A stretch of 64,000 nucleotides of DNA from Syncephalis fuscata S228 (lineage: Eukaryota; Fungi; Zoopagomycota), in NCBI GenBank assembly GCA_025786725.1, contig JAHLTZ010000006.1, forward strand, positions 434,001-498,000. Direction: 5' to 3'. Position 1 is the first letter of the stretch. Every line of letters starts with the position of its first letter. Made by a program: the position numbers and the translations under genes. The notes under the pieces were generated by a model, which saw only the letters and a program-made list of their open reading frames with translations, did not search any database and was not told the origin of the DNA. Below are positions 13,601-27,414 of this stretch, piece by piece.

Positions 13601-14979
13601 TTAAAAATCAGCTAAAGCCCGATACAACCGATGCTATTGCCGAACTTAAAGACGGCGACACCCGTACCGTAATGATTACTGGCGACAATGCACTGACGGG
13701 TGTTTACATTGCTCGTCAATGTGGTATGGTACCCAGTGGCGCGCGCGTATTACTGGGTGATATCATACCTGGCGGCAATACTAACGACGTTGAATGGCGC
13801 GATGTGGATACAGAGCGCGTTATTACCGATATCAATGCCGAGTTATCTACAAGTAAAATGATCTTGCGAGCTGGCTGTAACAGGCAAAGCATTCGATGCT
13901 CTTGTTCGAACAAATCAAATGCGCCATCTTCTGTTACAAACTCGTATTTTTGCACGCATGACACCTGACGGTAAAGTCGAATGCGTACAATTATTCATGG
14001 AGCGAGCTGTTACGGCAATGTGTGGCGATGGCGGCAATGACTGTGGCGCATTACGTGTAGCACATTGTGGCATTGCTCTAAGTGAAGCAGAAGCATCGAT
14101 TGTCTCTCCGTTTAGTACTAGTATACGATCCATCTTTAGTTGCGTTGAATTGGTACGTCAAGGCCGTGCTGCATTGGCCACTTCATTTGCCGGTTACAAA
14201 TTCCTTATTATGTACGGTGAAACGATGTGTTTCCTTGAACTTATTCAATACTACTTCACCGCTGTCGTGCCTCAATGGGTCTGGGTACTCATTGATGGGT
14301 TTGTCACGGTTGGTCTATCCTACGCGCTAACACAAGCTAAGCCGGCCACACGTCTAGCGCCACAACGCCCTACGGCACGTCTACTTGGACCAGAAACTCT
14401 TGTTTCTACCATAACCCAGGTTATTATTAATTTATTGTTCTTTGCCTGTGGTGTTTTACTGCTTTTCCGTCAGCCTTGGTTCTTATGTAATGAATTGACG
14501 CATCTATGGTCGATTCATCAAAATGGTGGCTACTCGGCGACAATTATGAAGCCTTGTTAATTACGGCATCACTTTACCGCAGTTTATTAATGCAGCCGCC
14601 ACTTTCAACTTTGGCTATCGATTCGCAGTGCGTGGTGGCGCAACTATACACTAGTTGTTTGCTACACTGTAATGATGGCATTTGTTTCCTATATTATTCT
14701 TGCCGATCCTAATCCAGTTGGCTGCTGGTTCCGCGCTAATTGTGGTGATCCTGATGTACTGGTGGAGCTTGGCTATCCACGTCCCACTTGGTATATAGAA
14801 CGCTACAACAGCCCACTTGGTCATAATGTATTACCTCGAGACTTCCGCTGGACAATATGGGGCTATACCATGGCAATTGCGCGGTCAATCTTTTGTTTGA
14901 ATACTTTGTCGTGCTTGGCCCAGTTCGTGAATGGGCCAAACGCCGCTTCCCATCGAAACGACTTCAAATTACTCGTTAA
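10647..14979 (+). CDS. P5-type P-type ATPase with N-terminal signal peptide and Cys-rich extracellular domain
   Basis: LVPGD, LTGES, FDKTGTLT (phospho-Asp), MITGDN, FARMTPDGK, MCGDGGNDCGAL, EAEASIVSPF and ELVRQGRAALATSF are P5 hallmarks. Exon 1 MKYSK...SWTLLGLMFVSALSVVDA is a signal peptide and joins in frame via intron 10753-10804. Several apparent 1-nt indels. Confidence 0.9.
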
Positions 14980-15712
14980 CGATATACATACAATATCAAT
15001 ATTTTAAATTAAATAGCTTTATTTCTAATTAGCATTGGTTATAATTTTTTGTACTGGATTTTATAAGTGTTGCTATTTTAGTTTATTTATTAGTTTTTTG
15101 TTAGTTATATAGAAAGAAATGAATAATAATAATGGCAAAATTTATACATATAAGTTGCATCACATACAAATACATCAACTATTTTAGTAGTAGTAGTAGT
15201 AATTATTTATTTAATTATTTTATTATGTTAAGGTTATTAATTATTGTCAAAAAGTTTACTAGCTATTATTATGGGTTTATGATCAAATACTCATTTAATA
15301 ATATTTAAATTAAACTTTCATTAAGTAAATTGGCAAGTTTGGTGTGATTTAGTCGTGCATTTTACTATGTGAGCACTTGTAGGTATATAGTCAACTAAAT
15401 ACTACATGATTTGTGGCATGCATTTCAGCGTGCTACAAACGGCGCTAGACTGCACATAATAAAACAACATTCTGTCTAGTGAATATGGAGCTTGCTGTGT
15501 GTTTGTTTGTGGTAGTTACATTGATAATTATAGGTGTGTAGACAGCATGAAATCGGCACTACAAATATTGTATGTATTTAAGTTGATATGGATATAATGA
15601 TGTAGTTGTAGTGTTTATATAGAGGTTGCTAGTTAGATTCTGCATGAAAGTGAATATAGTTTATCTGCATAGTTATTACATTTATGTTGCTGCCAATAAA
15701 TTAATACTAAAC

Positions 15713-15798
15713 AACTTATTAATAATTTAATATGAGTGTGAATCAAATATTACATTGGATAATATTCGCGCAATTAATTTAAACATTCTTTTTAACAT
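15713..15798 (+). repeat. Degenerate direct repeat, copy 1 (copy 2 at 18465-18555)
   Basis: AACTTATTAATAATTTAATATG...ATAATATTCGCGCA...AACAT aligns colinearly with copy 2. Confidence 0.7.
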
Positions 15799-15833
15799 GC
15801 TTTCATTGCTATTAGATGTTAAACAATATTTTA

Positions 15834-17603
15834 TTAATAATTATAAAACTTATTAATTGGACTGATTAATGACATTGTCGATAACACGCATGCATGCAGG
15901 ACATGTTCATCCTCGAAACGGCGACCACTGACCATAACACCGCACGGTGAGCCGTGAAATAGCTCAGCGTTGTAGTTGTTTCGAAACTGTGCTTCAACAG
16001 AATTGATGGGACGACCATCGTTCCACCAAGAAATGTTGTCTTGTGATGCATCTTTTTCTTTGTCAAATGTGATGGCAGGAATTACGCCGGATGGTGCGTC
16101 GAGTAAATTGTAGACTGCTGTAAATGTTAGATCAATGGGTAATTTAGTGGTGGTGCCGTGTGCAGCCATAGGAATGACCTGAGTGGTCGATAAAATAACA
16201 TCAACTGGGTGCTGTTCAGAGTCAGTAAGCTTGGCTAGTTCATCGAAAAACAGCTTGCGATAGCTGTCCCGTGCTTGAGTTACTAGATACATTTCTTCTT
16301 TTGTTTTATCGACACCCGCTTCAAGTATATCCGCTTTTCTTGGATCATCGGTGAAATTACGGATATACCAGCTAATGAGTGCACGTTGTATATAAGACTT
16401 GCTAGAGAATTGAGTAGTGGCTGCTATTGTCGGATACATGGGATCGCCCTTTAGCTCTTTAACAAGTGCTTGGCCACCATCTGGCCATAAAGCCTTGACG
16501 CTTGCCAGAGTTGCTTCAAAAATATTGGGCGGCTTAAATTCGACCACCTCGTGACCGGCAGCTTGTAGTTTTTCAACCGTTTCGATAATAGCACGTCGCC
16601 CAACAGGAGATGCTGGCACATAGCCATTGTCGACATAGTATGCAACACGCAGCTTTAACGGAAGAGTTGCTGGCACCCAAGGTATGGCAACACAGGATGG
16701 ATCCATGGTCCATGGCTTCTGATCGATAATGGAACTCATAAGCAATTGGAGCGCGTCCATATCGTGTCCTATCGGCCACATACTAGTGGTAGGACTGGCG
16801 CATAGTCATACGCTGAATGGTTCCGGCTTCCGGTATACGATTTGAAGTTGGCTTGAGCGAGTAAATACCATTAATAGAAGCTGGATTACGTAGCGAGCTA
16901 CCAATATCATTTCCTAGACCCAATATTGATCCATGACGGCCGATAAGTGCACCTTCACCGCCACTACTGCCGCCAGATATTAATGCTTTATTACGCGCTG
17001 AGTTTGTACGTCCAAAGATTGGATTATCCGTTTCAGTGCTGATTATTCCCTGGGGTACATTTGTTTTTACAAAGGGAATGGCACCGGCGCTGCGTACCAA
17101 TGCAACTGCTGGAGCATCATTGACAACTGGATGAAATGCACGCGCAGAATAGCCCAGTGTTGTATCTTTGCCGGCTACATCAATACTGTCTTTTATCGAG
17201 ACTGGAATGCCATGAAGTGGCCCTTTTGGCTTATCTAGTTTATCTAATCGACGCGCCTCCTCAAATGCCTCGTCCAGAAGAACTTCAGTAATAGCATTAG
17301 TATATTCGTTTGCATTTATTGCTGCTTGCAGCATTACAGCCAGAACTTGTTCTGCTGTGTACATTCTTTGAGCTAGCCGATTGCGCAGTTCAAGAGTTGA
17401 TAAAGCAAGGATTTCATCTGATTTGGCCAAAAGTGGATGTATTTCCGGAGATGCAAGTGTTTCGCGAGTTTTTTTCAGCTGTTTGTCTCGTATTGCTCGG
17501 CGTTTACGGCAACGTTTTGCTGCTGCATATTTTTCAACATTTTTAACGTAAAAAGTAAATAAAGTAGACTATCAGAACCAGCAGCTACTGAGAAGAATGA
17601 CAT
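15834..17603 (-). CDS. Amidase-signature enzyme (FAAH/acetamidase-like) with N-terminal hydrophobic anchor; apparently intronless
   Basis: GPLHGIPVSIKD (catalytic Lys), FVKTNVPQ, GGSSGGEGAL, GNDIGSSLRNPA, LKPTS and FTAVYNLLDAPSGVIP. Apparent indels near 17550 and 16790. Confidence 0.92.
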
Positions 17604-18464
17604 AGTATTTATAGCTGTTTCCATCATTAATATGTGCATTTAAGTTGATTTTGACAATAAAACCTCGTGCATTGCGTGCATAACATAGGCCTTGATACCA
17701 GAGTATACAGAGACTGTTATTACCAGTCACGAGTTCTCCGAGAAAGAAAATGGTCAATCTCTAAAAGATATGTAACAGGCTACAACACGTTACATGGTGA
17801 GCTGAATGGTTGATTATTTATAAATCTACGCTTTTTGAAAGCTCATTGTCGTATTATTACATATAAATCAAAAAACATAATGAATATTTTTGGCAGTCAT
17901 TAAGTCACATTTCTGTATTGCATTACAGGTTTAATTCTTGAATGCAGCATATGCTTGCGCTTTAATTTAATAGTCGTCATTTTTTTAATCTTCTAGTTTT
18001 GCACCCGTTGCAAATATGATTTGCTAAAATCAGTCAACATAAACAATCCAATAAAACCATTAGCAAAATGATAATAGGATTACTTATACGTACTAAATGT
18101 TCTTTGTCATATAATTACAGTATTTGATTAATAATTCTTACTAAAAGTATTATTTTATATAACAGTTTAAATGCATTTACATAATAATGATTAATCTATT
18201 TATAATTTTTATTTATATAATATCATTTGGTCATTTGATTTGTATTACATTCAATACAACTACTCTCATTAATCATTTTAACAATAACATCAGTGGTTTA
18301 TTTAGCCAATTATCCTATTTCCTATTAGTATTATTACATTAATATGCATTGTTATATTATTTTTAACTTTTGATTCTAAAGTTTGTAGACTCTAGCATTA
18401 ATTAAATTAAGTTAAATCAGTGTGCAAATCATCTAACGTTTCGTGGACATTTAAAGTTATTAAT

Positions 18465-18555
18465 AACTTATTAGTAATTTAGTATGGTTTGCAAGTCAGA
18501 TGATTAAATTTAATAATATTCGCGCAGCTAAACTAGCATTTATTCTATTGAACAT
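18465..18555 (+). repeat. Degenerate direct repeat, copy 2
   Basis: AACTTATTAGTAATTTAGTATG...ATAATATTCGCGCA...AACAT shares a 14-nt exact core plus colinear flanks with 15713-15798. Confidence 0.7.
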
Positions 18556-19253
18556 AAACTAAGTAGCAAATGAAATCGCCGATCAAATACTTATTAGCGT
18601 AGATTTATTATTACAGCCATTATCATGTACGTATTATATAATCTAAAATCACTATTTAATAAATACACTGTTGAATCGTATAAGACCAATAGTTTTCTAC
18701 AGTATATTTTTTATTATGCTACACGCTGGCCTATTAACATGTTAGGCATTGTGGCCACGTTCTGCAAAAATAAAAAACAAAAAATCACCATGCAGTTTTA
18801 AATAATGCCAAATGCGATATTTCTAACAATGGAATAAAAAAGGAATCAATCCAAAAAAAGCAAACCAATTTACTTGTTCTGGATCATGAATGACGATGCT
18901 TTTTGAAATAACTGGCATTTTAATATTTTGCTATACACATTATCTACAGACTTAGTTGTAGATTTTCAGCAAAGCAATATAGTATGTGTGTAGTACACGT
19001 ACTCTTTCATATACTTGTTGTATAGTGTACAACAGTAATAAATTATGCAAAGCTATTTGTCCAATAATGCTACTATGCATTGTGGATGCCACGTGAGTAT
19101 AGCCCAAATTAGTATCGGGCAAATTAGCATCGAACAAACTAAATATTTTTTTCAGTCTTTAAATATGCATGATTTTCACTTTACGGACAATAATCCATTA
19201 GCTCGCTATTTTCTCTATCTATTACGCTTAACGTCACGTCATATAATTCTATA

Positions 19254-20489
19254 ATGCGGTCTAACTGGCTAACGACCATTGGAGCAACCGGTGTCGTGGT
19301 GCTTTCAGTCACCCTGTCTGCCATGGCTGCAACATATTACATCGATGAAAATTTCCGAACAATTCCAGTATTGCCTCCAAAAGATACAATTTCCACAAGC
19401 ACGCCATTTGGTCCAAACTTTGATTTCGAAAAAACGCCGATACCAGAGCTTGTACCGGAAAACACAGAAGAGCCATTTGGACTTTCTAAACTAAAGGTCT
19501 TTGAATGGATCAAAGGCGATCGTGCCACCGCTTTGGCCGATTATCAGGGTCTAGGCATGATTCTAAGGTGTACAAAGCATCTTCCAGAGTTTTATAATGA
19601 AAATGCTGCATTCAAGGTAAATAATTGTAACAACAAAACGTGCTTAGTATTTATTTGTATGTAACTAAGGTACTTGATGCTCGAACAAAACAAACTGGCG
19701 AGAAATGGAAAGAAGCTTTACGGAAGATCCCTGACCGGATCATATCATTCGTGTGGAATAAGAAGGTTGGCTGTAACGGCTATGCCCACACTGGCTTTGC
19801 CAAATCGTTTTCACAGTTTATTCAAGACTTTAAGGGTGCTAATCGCGACGAAGTTTTCATTGAGCTATCACGCCAATTGATTGGAGCCATTGCCTTGTTC
19901 CACGAAGTTGGACTAGTTCATGGTGATATCAAACAAGAAAGTAAGTGATTATTCGATTGCTATCTCGTTCATAGTTATCTAATTCAGTATATACAGATAT
20001 TGTTGTCACTCAATTGCATCGTTCGCTCCCACCGGAGATCAGTGTTATTGGTTTCCATTACACACGCGCCATCGAGTCAGAGAAGGCCAGCACTCCTCCG
20101 TTTGGATACGCTACACCCGAATCGTTTGTTAGCGGTCAACAACAAGATAGCCGTAAAGCCGATTCATGGGCCTTGGGCGTTACCGTCTACACGGCAGTCA
20201 CCGGCAAAATGCCATACGGCTACACTTATTCCGCAAAGAAGCCTATGGTACAATGGGATGCTAGTGAAATGTCTAAGCAGATGCAACGTGTCTACAAGAA
20301 AAAACAAGGTGCTCAGCTTCCATTTAATGTACTGGGCATGTTGCCGTCATCTGCTTCTCGTAAATTCGTCAAGTAATCAACAAACTATTGGCCACTCGTC
20401 CAAAGGATCGTCCACTTCCCGTGGAAGTAATGGACAAGATGAAAGCTATTAACGTCAAGCACAAGCCAACATGGCAAGACACATTGTAG
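19254..20489 (+). CDS. Secreted protein-kinase-fold protein (probable pseudokinase)
   Basis: Signal peptide MRSNWLTTIGATGVVVLSVTLSAMAA. Introns 19617-19669 and 19941-19996 give LVHGDIKQENIV, YATPE, KADSWALGVTVY, TGKMPY and, after an indel near 20370, LLATRPKDRP. Confidence 0.85.
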
Positions 20490-20909
20490 CCATTGTTAGA
20501 GGAGCTGGCAACAAGATCCATTATATCCGATCTCGCTTATCGGTCTCTCGCTTCAAGGATGATATTATAAACAGTCTCTCCCTTTTCGTTAACCGGGCCC
20601 CTTAAGTAAGATTGCTTATCCTACACAATAAATCGTAATAGCAATCTTTATTATAACGCACAATACGTAGTAATTTGGATTAATCGATCAATATAATACT
20701 AACAATTCTACTACAGCACATCTATACTTGCTAATTAAAGTAGTTGTAAAATTACTTTATAATCCAACTATAGTAAATATAATAAACACTGTCATGCTAA
20801 CCAATTATTTATATACAATTATATACAATTTGTTTTTATTCCATCATCACAGCTTTATCGGTTAACTACCAGCACGACACTATCTTCTTTTGTTAGCGAA
20901 ACAACTACT

Positions 20910-21987
20910 ATGAGCCACTGTCACCATGAACATCACGGCCATGACGGTCACGACCATGGCGATGACCATACACATGACGACGAAATAGCCCTAGTTAAAG
21001 ATTTATTATACGAGAAAATTGATCGCGACAATGTACGCGGCTTAAATGAAAGTATACCTGGAGCGGCCAAATCGATCATCAAGCCGTGGCATGAACGCAA
21101 TTCAACCACACCGGTAAGTAGTCTGTCTATAGACATGTATACAGCAGTAATAGCATTATAAACCAAGTAACAACAAATATCCATTTTTATTCTACTAGTT
21201 GCTTGAAAGTGATAGTGACGAACAATTGATTGTTATTGTACCGTAAGCCAATAGCCTAACAAGTTGCACACACACACACACACACATATTTATATTACAG
21301 CTGATTATGGCACAATAGATTTACCGGTATGGTCAAACTCAAGTCGATACTGATTAAGACGGGAAGAGGCGACGTGGCACCGTCTAGATTATCTGTGTAC
21401 GTAGCATGCCAAATGGCAGTATAACTGCACTGCTGTTGTCGCTGTTTCGAATTTGAATCAAATGTTTATAGATTTGTAAATCGTGATGACGTTGACTTTG
21501 ACACGGTCAATGACGTGGAAGCGACCCAGACCTGGGAACTGGCCAATAATGCCGATGATGTTTGCGAGTATCACACTAGGTAGGTTGATTAATGAATAAG
21601 TGGATGTATTTGTTACACTGTTTAAAAAACAATTTAAATAATTGAATTGTATATGTCAACATTACTATGATCACGCTATAATAGATTGGCTAAATTCTCG
21701 TCGGTGCGATCAGTCACACTATTCTTTCCAGAAAATTTCGGTGATGATATAACACAACTAACGTTTCTAGGCTTCCGAGGTGAATGGACTAAAGTAAGTG
21801 ATGGCGGGGAGTGCACATGTACATAGATACGTAGTATGCATTATATTTATTACAGTAATAACCACATAATAATACCAATTAGATTCAACCTCAGCCAATT
21901 ATTACGGTTTATGAATTGCAAGCGAATCCGGCCGATCACCAAACACCGGCCGACGAGTTACGTGCCAATCCTCAAGGCTTTTCCTAA
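20910..21987 (+). CDS. PITH-domain protein (PITHD1-like), 6 exons
   Basis: His-rich N-terminus, LYEKID..NVRGLNES, LESDSDEQLIVIVPFTGMVKLKSI, FVNRDDVDFD, FFPENFG and YELQANPADH. Confidence 0.93.
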
Positions 21988-22156
21988 ATAAGAATACTAA
22001 GAATACTAAGAAGAAGAGGAATAATAATAATAAAGGCGTCCCATGATCGCTACTGCCATTGTTATCGCCACTTTGTTGTTACTGCTGTTGTACTGCTGTT
22101 AATATTAATGTTAATGTTATAATATATTATAACTGAGTAGAATTTTATTAATCAAA

Positions 22157-25100
22157 CTATTTTAATACGCGTGACATGGCCGTATCTAAACCTACACGTC
22201 GTTTCGGCGTTGTCACTTCTTGCTTCGTTGATGCTACTGCCGTTGTTGTGGTGGCTGTGGTCGACGGTGATCGTTCATTGCTTAGTGAACGAGATTGCAT
22301 CGTCAAAGGAGACCGTACCGACGGTAAAGATACAGTGGTAGGTGTAGGTGGTGAGGAGGAAGTCGATGCTACAGTCGGTGGTGATTTTGACGAACCAACT
22401 GTCGATAAAGGAGAGGTTGACATGTATTAACTATTCGTTGGCTCTTTTCCAGCTGAGCTAAAGCCGTCAATAATCGACGCTATTAAATAGTAAATACATT
22501 TCTATTAATAATTGTACAGAGTAGTAATATCTAGTAAACTACCTCTTGTTCTGAATTGACATGTCTTGCTGCACGGTAAACATCCTCGGCATGTTTAAGC
22601 CGTTTCTTTAAATTGACTTGAGCATCTTGCCATAATTGTACCTATTCAATTGATAAATAATAAATCGTTGTATACATCTATCCATTTACCTGATGTTGAC
22701 AAGATTTCCTACTACGTGCCAAATCCAATATTAATTGTTCTTTTTCATTCTTTAAATCATTAACTTGAAGTGCATTATCACTATAATATATACTATATAA
22801 GCATTATTAATGATATCAGGGCTATTTACTTACATGGCATGAGTACGTGCTATATCCAGCTCATGTTCTAGCGCATCAGCTCTCATTTCAGCATGTTTCC
22901 ATAGTTCTTGTAAATGTTCTGCTTCTTTACGCTGTTCTTCTCCCTTGGCCGTATCTTCCCGCCTATTTATTTGTTTATTTATTATAATACCATCGTATTA
23001 ATCATCATATCAATCAGAGCTGTAACTAAACTATTTACCATAACATTAACTCTTTTGATAGTTGATCAATTTGCTGTTCATATTCACCAGCCTTCATGGC
23101 CAACGCCTCCTGTCCTTTCACTTCATGTTCCATACCCACAATACTAATTATATTATATTAATACATAATATAACAGAATACAGAACAGTTAATCAATTAC
23201 CGGGAATAGCGTTCTTGTAACAACGTTTCTTGATTTCTTATCGTTGCCTACCAATATCCATACAATTAATACCATATTATTACACTATTATACAAATTAC
23301 TTACCATAGATCGATCTAACGAATCACGTAGCTCCATCGTATCAACTAGCATACGTTTCCGTTCATCTCGATACATTCTTAATTTATTATTAAGCTCATT
23401 TTGCCAATTAACATGATTGGCCTTGGCAGTAGTAGCCTCGGCTCTTTGTCGTTCATATGCCTCTTTAGTAAGACGAATTTCATTTTTTAATGCTCTACAC
23501 GTATTATACTATAGTTGCCTCATTAGTATCACTCTTTCCTATTATATATATATATATATGTATTTTCCTCAACTTACCAATCCTTGTCTCTCTGCCTCCA
23601 CGGCTGAATCCATCAATCGATCACGATGTAGACGACCAATATGTCGAGTATATTGCTGTTTAAGAAATAGCTCATAATTAAGCCGATTAGTCAGTAAAAG
23701 TACCTTCCGTTGTAGTACATTGACCGTTTTAATAAACTGTTCCGTCGATGTCTCTGTACTCTTAGTATCTATCGATACAGCATCACTAGTGGCCACTGGT
23801 TCAAACATATTGGCATCCTAGATTAAATTAAATAAAATGCTATTAATCTATCTATGTATTCAAAATAATACAATCACTACTTACCCAATGCTCTGTACCA
23901 ATAAGTGTACCCGAAGTAAGTGCTCGATGGGCAGCTAGAATAGATCGAACTGATGCCGCCACTGATATACCAGCCGGATATATGGCACTAAGTGACTGAT
24001 CTCTAGACATGGCTGATTCATCCAGATTCACCACTAAATCAGTAGATAAAGGAGCAACATCTGGTTTAGATGTTGTTTTGTCAATCGACTCTTTATCCAA
24101 GAGTAGCTCTTCTTGTCGTATTGGTGTATGAACTGCTTCATTGGGGATCCATCGTTCAGTTAAACTTTCTTCTTCACCAGCCTCGACATCCAGTACAGGT
24201 ACTTGATCGTTCTCTGATAGCATTTGATTACGTACAAGCATGACTTGCTCCTCTTCAAGCCAGCTCGTTTCACCAACCATCGTGGGTATACCCCATGATA
24301 GGAGACATCCTCATCCATAGATGCTTTATCTGACTGTAGACGAATACACTCGGCTACAATATCGGCCGGTTCTTTATCCATCCATCGAGAAGCATCTTGA
24401 CGCTCTTCAAGTGCATTGGTAAATAGAACAAAATTAGGATGAAGTTGATGTCGGCGAAGTAAAGGCTATATATATATATATATATGTAGATAGATATGCA
24501 TATATGTATATATCGTAATATTAGTTTATAGTTAATAAATAACAATTCATTGACAACTTACCATAGCCTCACTTCTAATTAGTTCATCTTCATCCTTGGC
24601 TATTACTTTACCAAAACAGCAATCCACTTCTTTGGTATAGGCAATAGGCGAACGTAGAAATGTAATAGTATTACAGGGAAACATACCATACAACATATTA
24701 AACAACGGTGCTGCCTCCGGCACACGAACATCGGCATCATCATCAACTGTCATAATATAACATATTAATGTAAATAGTATACATTATATTAAATGGTACC
24801 ACTTACTGGCTGTATCCCATTCATCAGCCATAACGGACACAATACGTAGACCAAGATTTTCACCAGATGGTGAACTAGTCTCATCGCCCATAGGAGGTGG
24901 ACGCCAATACAATACACGCATACACACCCAGTATAATAGTGGTAACATTTTAGTTAATGCGGTACATATACGTGGCATAAGCATTAATAGCAAGGATACA
25001 CCTGAAGTTACTACCAAGGCAGATTTATCCAACTAATCAAATATAATTAATATATATATATAAACATAACATAGCATAACATATAACACATCAGTATACT

Positions 25101-26116
25101 TACCAATAAAGAACATAATAATGCTTCCATTAATGGTGTATCTACAATATGATGTAAATGAAGATCCTATTCATTAATAATCAAAAGTAATTGTGAATTA
25201 ATATAATATAATATATAGCATTATTAATAACAAAATTACCTGTCGACGAGCATGTGTTATCAATAAATCAAGCATATGAGCACGATCTGATGAATGAATA
25301 AAATATTTATGTACTGCCATAAAGAATGCCTAATTACTCCATATTAATAACCTATTAACATAGTTATATAATAGTGTTTACTTTGGCATTGGCACCTCCA
25401 TAGGCCACAAGAATATCTTCCAGATTGTCCTTTAATTCACGAGTACCTGCTTGTTCCACTTGATTCGTAATAGTACAATTACCACGATAGACATGTAATA
25501 AGGCCATAATAAGACTTTCACGTGATATCAATGACAATTTATCCTCTTCAGCCGTCAATGGTGATGGTGACAATAGTTGTAATAATACATTAGTTACTTC
25601 ACGTACTGGTTCAAATCCATTCTCTTCTCTTAATGCACCCAATAGTGTATTATACCACCATTGTTTAGATATCATATCTACATCCATAGATACAGTTGTA
25701 TTACTTGATGTAGTTGAAGTAGTTGAATGATAAGGTGTGGCTGTATTTGTATTACTGGTAGAGGTTGTAGTTGTAGTTCCTACTCCTCCTCCTCCACTAC
25801 TACCACTACCACTACCACTACCACCTACTCCTCCTGTCCCTGTTGCAGTTACATTGATGGTTGCAGCGCCAGTATTTATATAACTGCCATAATTAGTACT
25901 GTTATAGGTGTTTGTGGTTCGTAGATTAGGTAACCGTTTACGAAGTTGTTGTACTGCTTCAGCATCAGGTATACAGATATTTAGTTCATTTTGGGCTATA
26001 TCCTGTGCTGTACTCTCTACTATAGACGCTCTTTCCCGGCAGTCTTCTACTAACGGTGTTGTATCATTATGGTCGTCTATGACCGATATTGACGGCAAAG
26101 AAGGCAATTGCGCCAT
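22157..26116 (-). CDS. TSC1: Hamartin / tuberous sclerosis 1 homolog, multi-exon
   Basis: PLFNMLYGMFPCNTITFLR (TSC1 LYGMxPCN motif), LHFIL, IVAECIRL, and the coiled coil LQRKVLLLTNRLNYELFLKQQYTRHIGRLHR. Confidence 0.85.
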
Positions 26117-26540
26117 AGTGCCTGTCCCGGTCTATTGCTTATTAATAATAGCCTATACTATTTATATTCCACTAGATCACACTAATCTACCACTAGTTGG
26201 TAGGTGTAATCAAGTAGGTGAACGTCGAGGTTATCCAACTAGTTCAGTTGGTATTTAAAAAGAAAAGGATTATAAAATGGGTCACTGTTTTAAATGACTA
26301 CAGTATGACTATAATATGACTATATGATCTATTATTTGTGTATTTGTGTGTATTAATTGAATATGGCTAAATGTGTTATGTTAAAATGAAGTTAAAACAC
26401 TTTTTCTTTCTAAGGTTTCCTTTTTAACTTGTTACTCAACCACTCACTCACTCACTTACCTACTAACTACTCGTCACTTATCATCATCATCATCATCATC
26501 TTTTATTGCTTTATTGTTATTGGGTTATTAGTCAGTCACT

Positions 26541-27307
26541 ATGAAAGTATTTGCTGTGGGTGTTTGTGCTGGTGAGGAGAAGCAAGAATTAATTGCTGCC
26601 GAACTTGAACTATCGTCATTTAGTTTCTTTGAACGTATGGGGTAAGTAGAACTGTATTCTATGGTAACTAACTATTAAATGCTAACAACACTATTCTTGC
26701 TATAGAGTTAAAGAATTTCTACCCTTTTTTATACGTACTATTGCTGAACGTACAGAGATTGGTCAACGACAAAGTGTAGAACAAGATAGTAAGTCTAATA
26801 GTTGTTCAATATGTAATATTAATATTCAATATACTTATTGGATATGAATAGATTATGTGGCTCATGTCTATCGTCGATTTGACGGTTTATCTGGTACGAT
26901 TGTTGCCGATAAAGAGTATCCACCTCGTGTGGCCTATTCCCTAATCAATAAACTACTGATGAATTCTCGGCTCAAGTACCACAGAGTCGTCGTGAACCGG
27001 GTTTGGTATGGGCACCACTTAAAGACTATATTAAAAAGTACCAAGATCCACGTCAAGCAGATACAATTATTAAAGTGCAACAAGAATTGGATGAAACCAA
27101 GATTGTACTGTAAGTATCTATCTATATCTATATCTATATCAATAGATCAATACTAATGTTGATGGAATAGCATAAAACAATTGAATCCGTATTGCAACGA
27201 GGAGAGAAATTAGATAGTTTGTTGAAAAGTCCGATATACTCTCTAGCCAATCAAAAGTATTTTATAGATCAGCTAAAAAACAGAATTCATGTTGCAGTCT
27301 TATGTAA
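26541..27307 (+). CDS. YKT6: Longin R-SNARE Ykt6
   Basis: [58 protein letters not shown]|[15 protein letters not shown] and C-terminal NSCCSLM (CCaaX). Three introns; apparent indels. Confidence 0.95.
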
Positions 27308-27414
27308 CGTATTAATAGAGAGCATTTCTGTATTATTCTCAACTAATCATTATAATCGTAATAAAATAATGATATCATCCATTATATATCTATATGTATA
27401 TGTGTGTTTATTTA

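Noticed and set aside
21268-22030. (CA)n in a PITH intron and TAAGAATAC tandem copies after the stop codon
   Set aside because: Ordinary microsatellite or slippage repeats; no spacer-repeat (CRISPR-like) structure.
26541-27307. Calling YKT6 and other frameshifted genes pseudogenes or programmed-frameshift genes
   Set aside because: YKT6 is normally essential, the protein is conserved on both sides of each break, and no consistent slippery motif is seen. Assembly error is more parsimonious.
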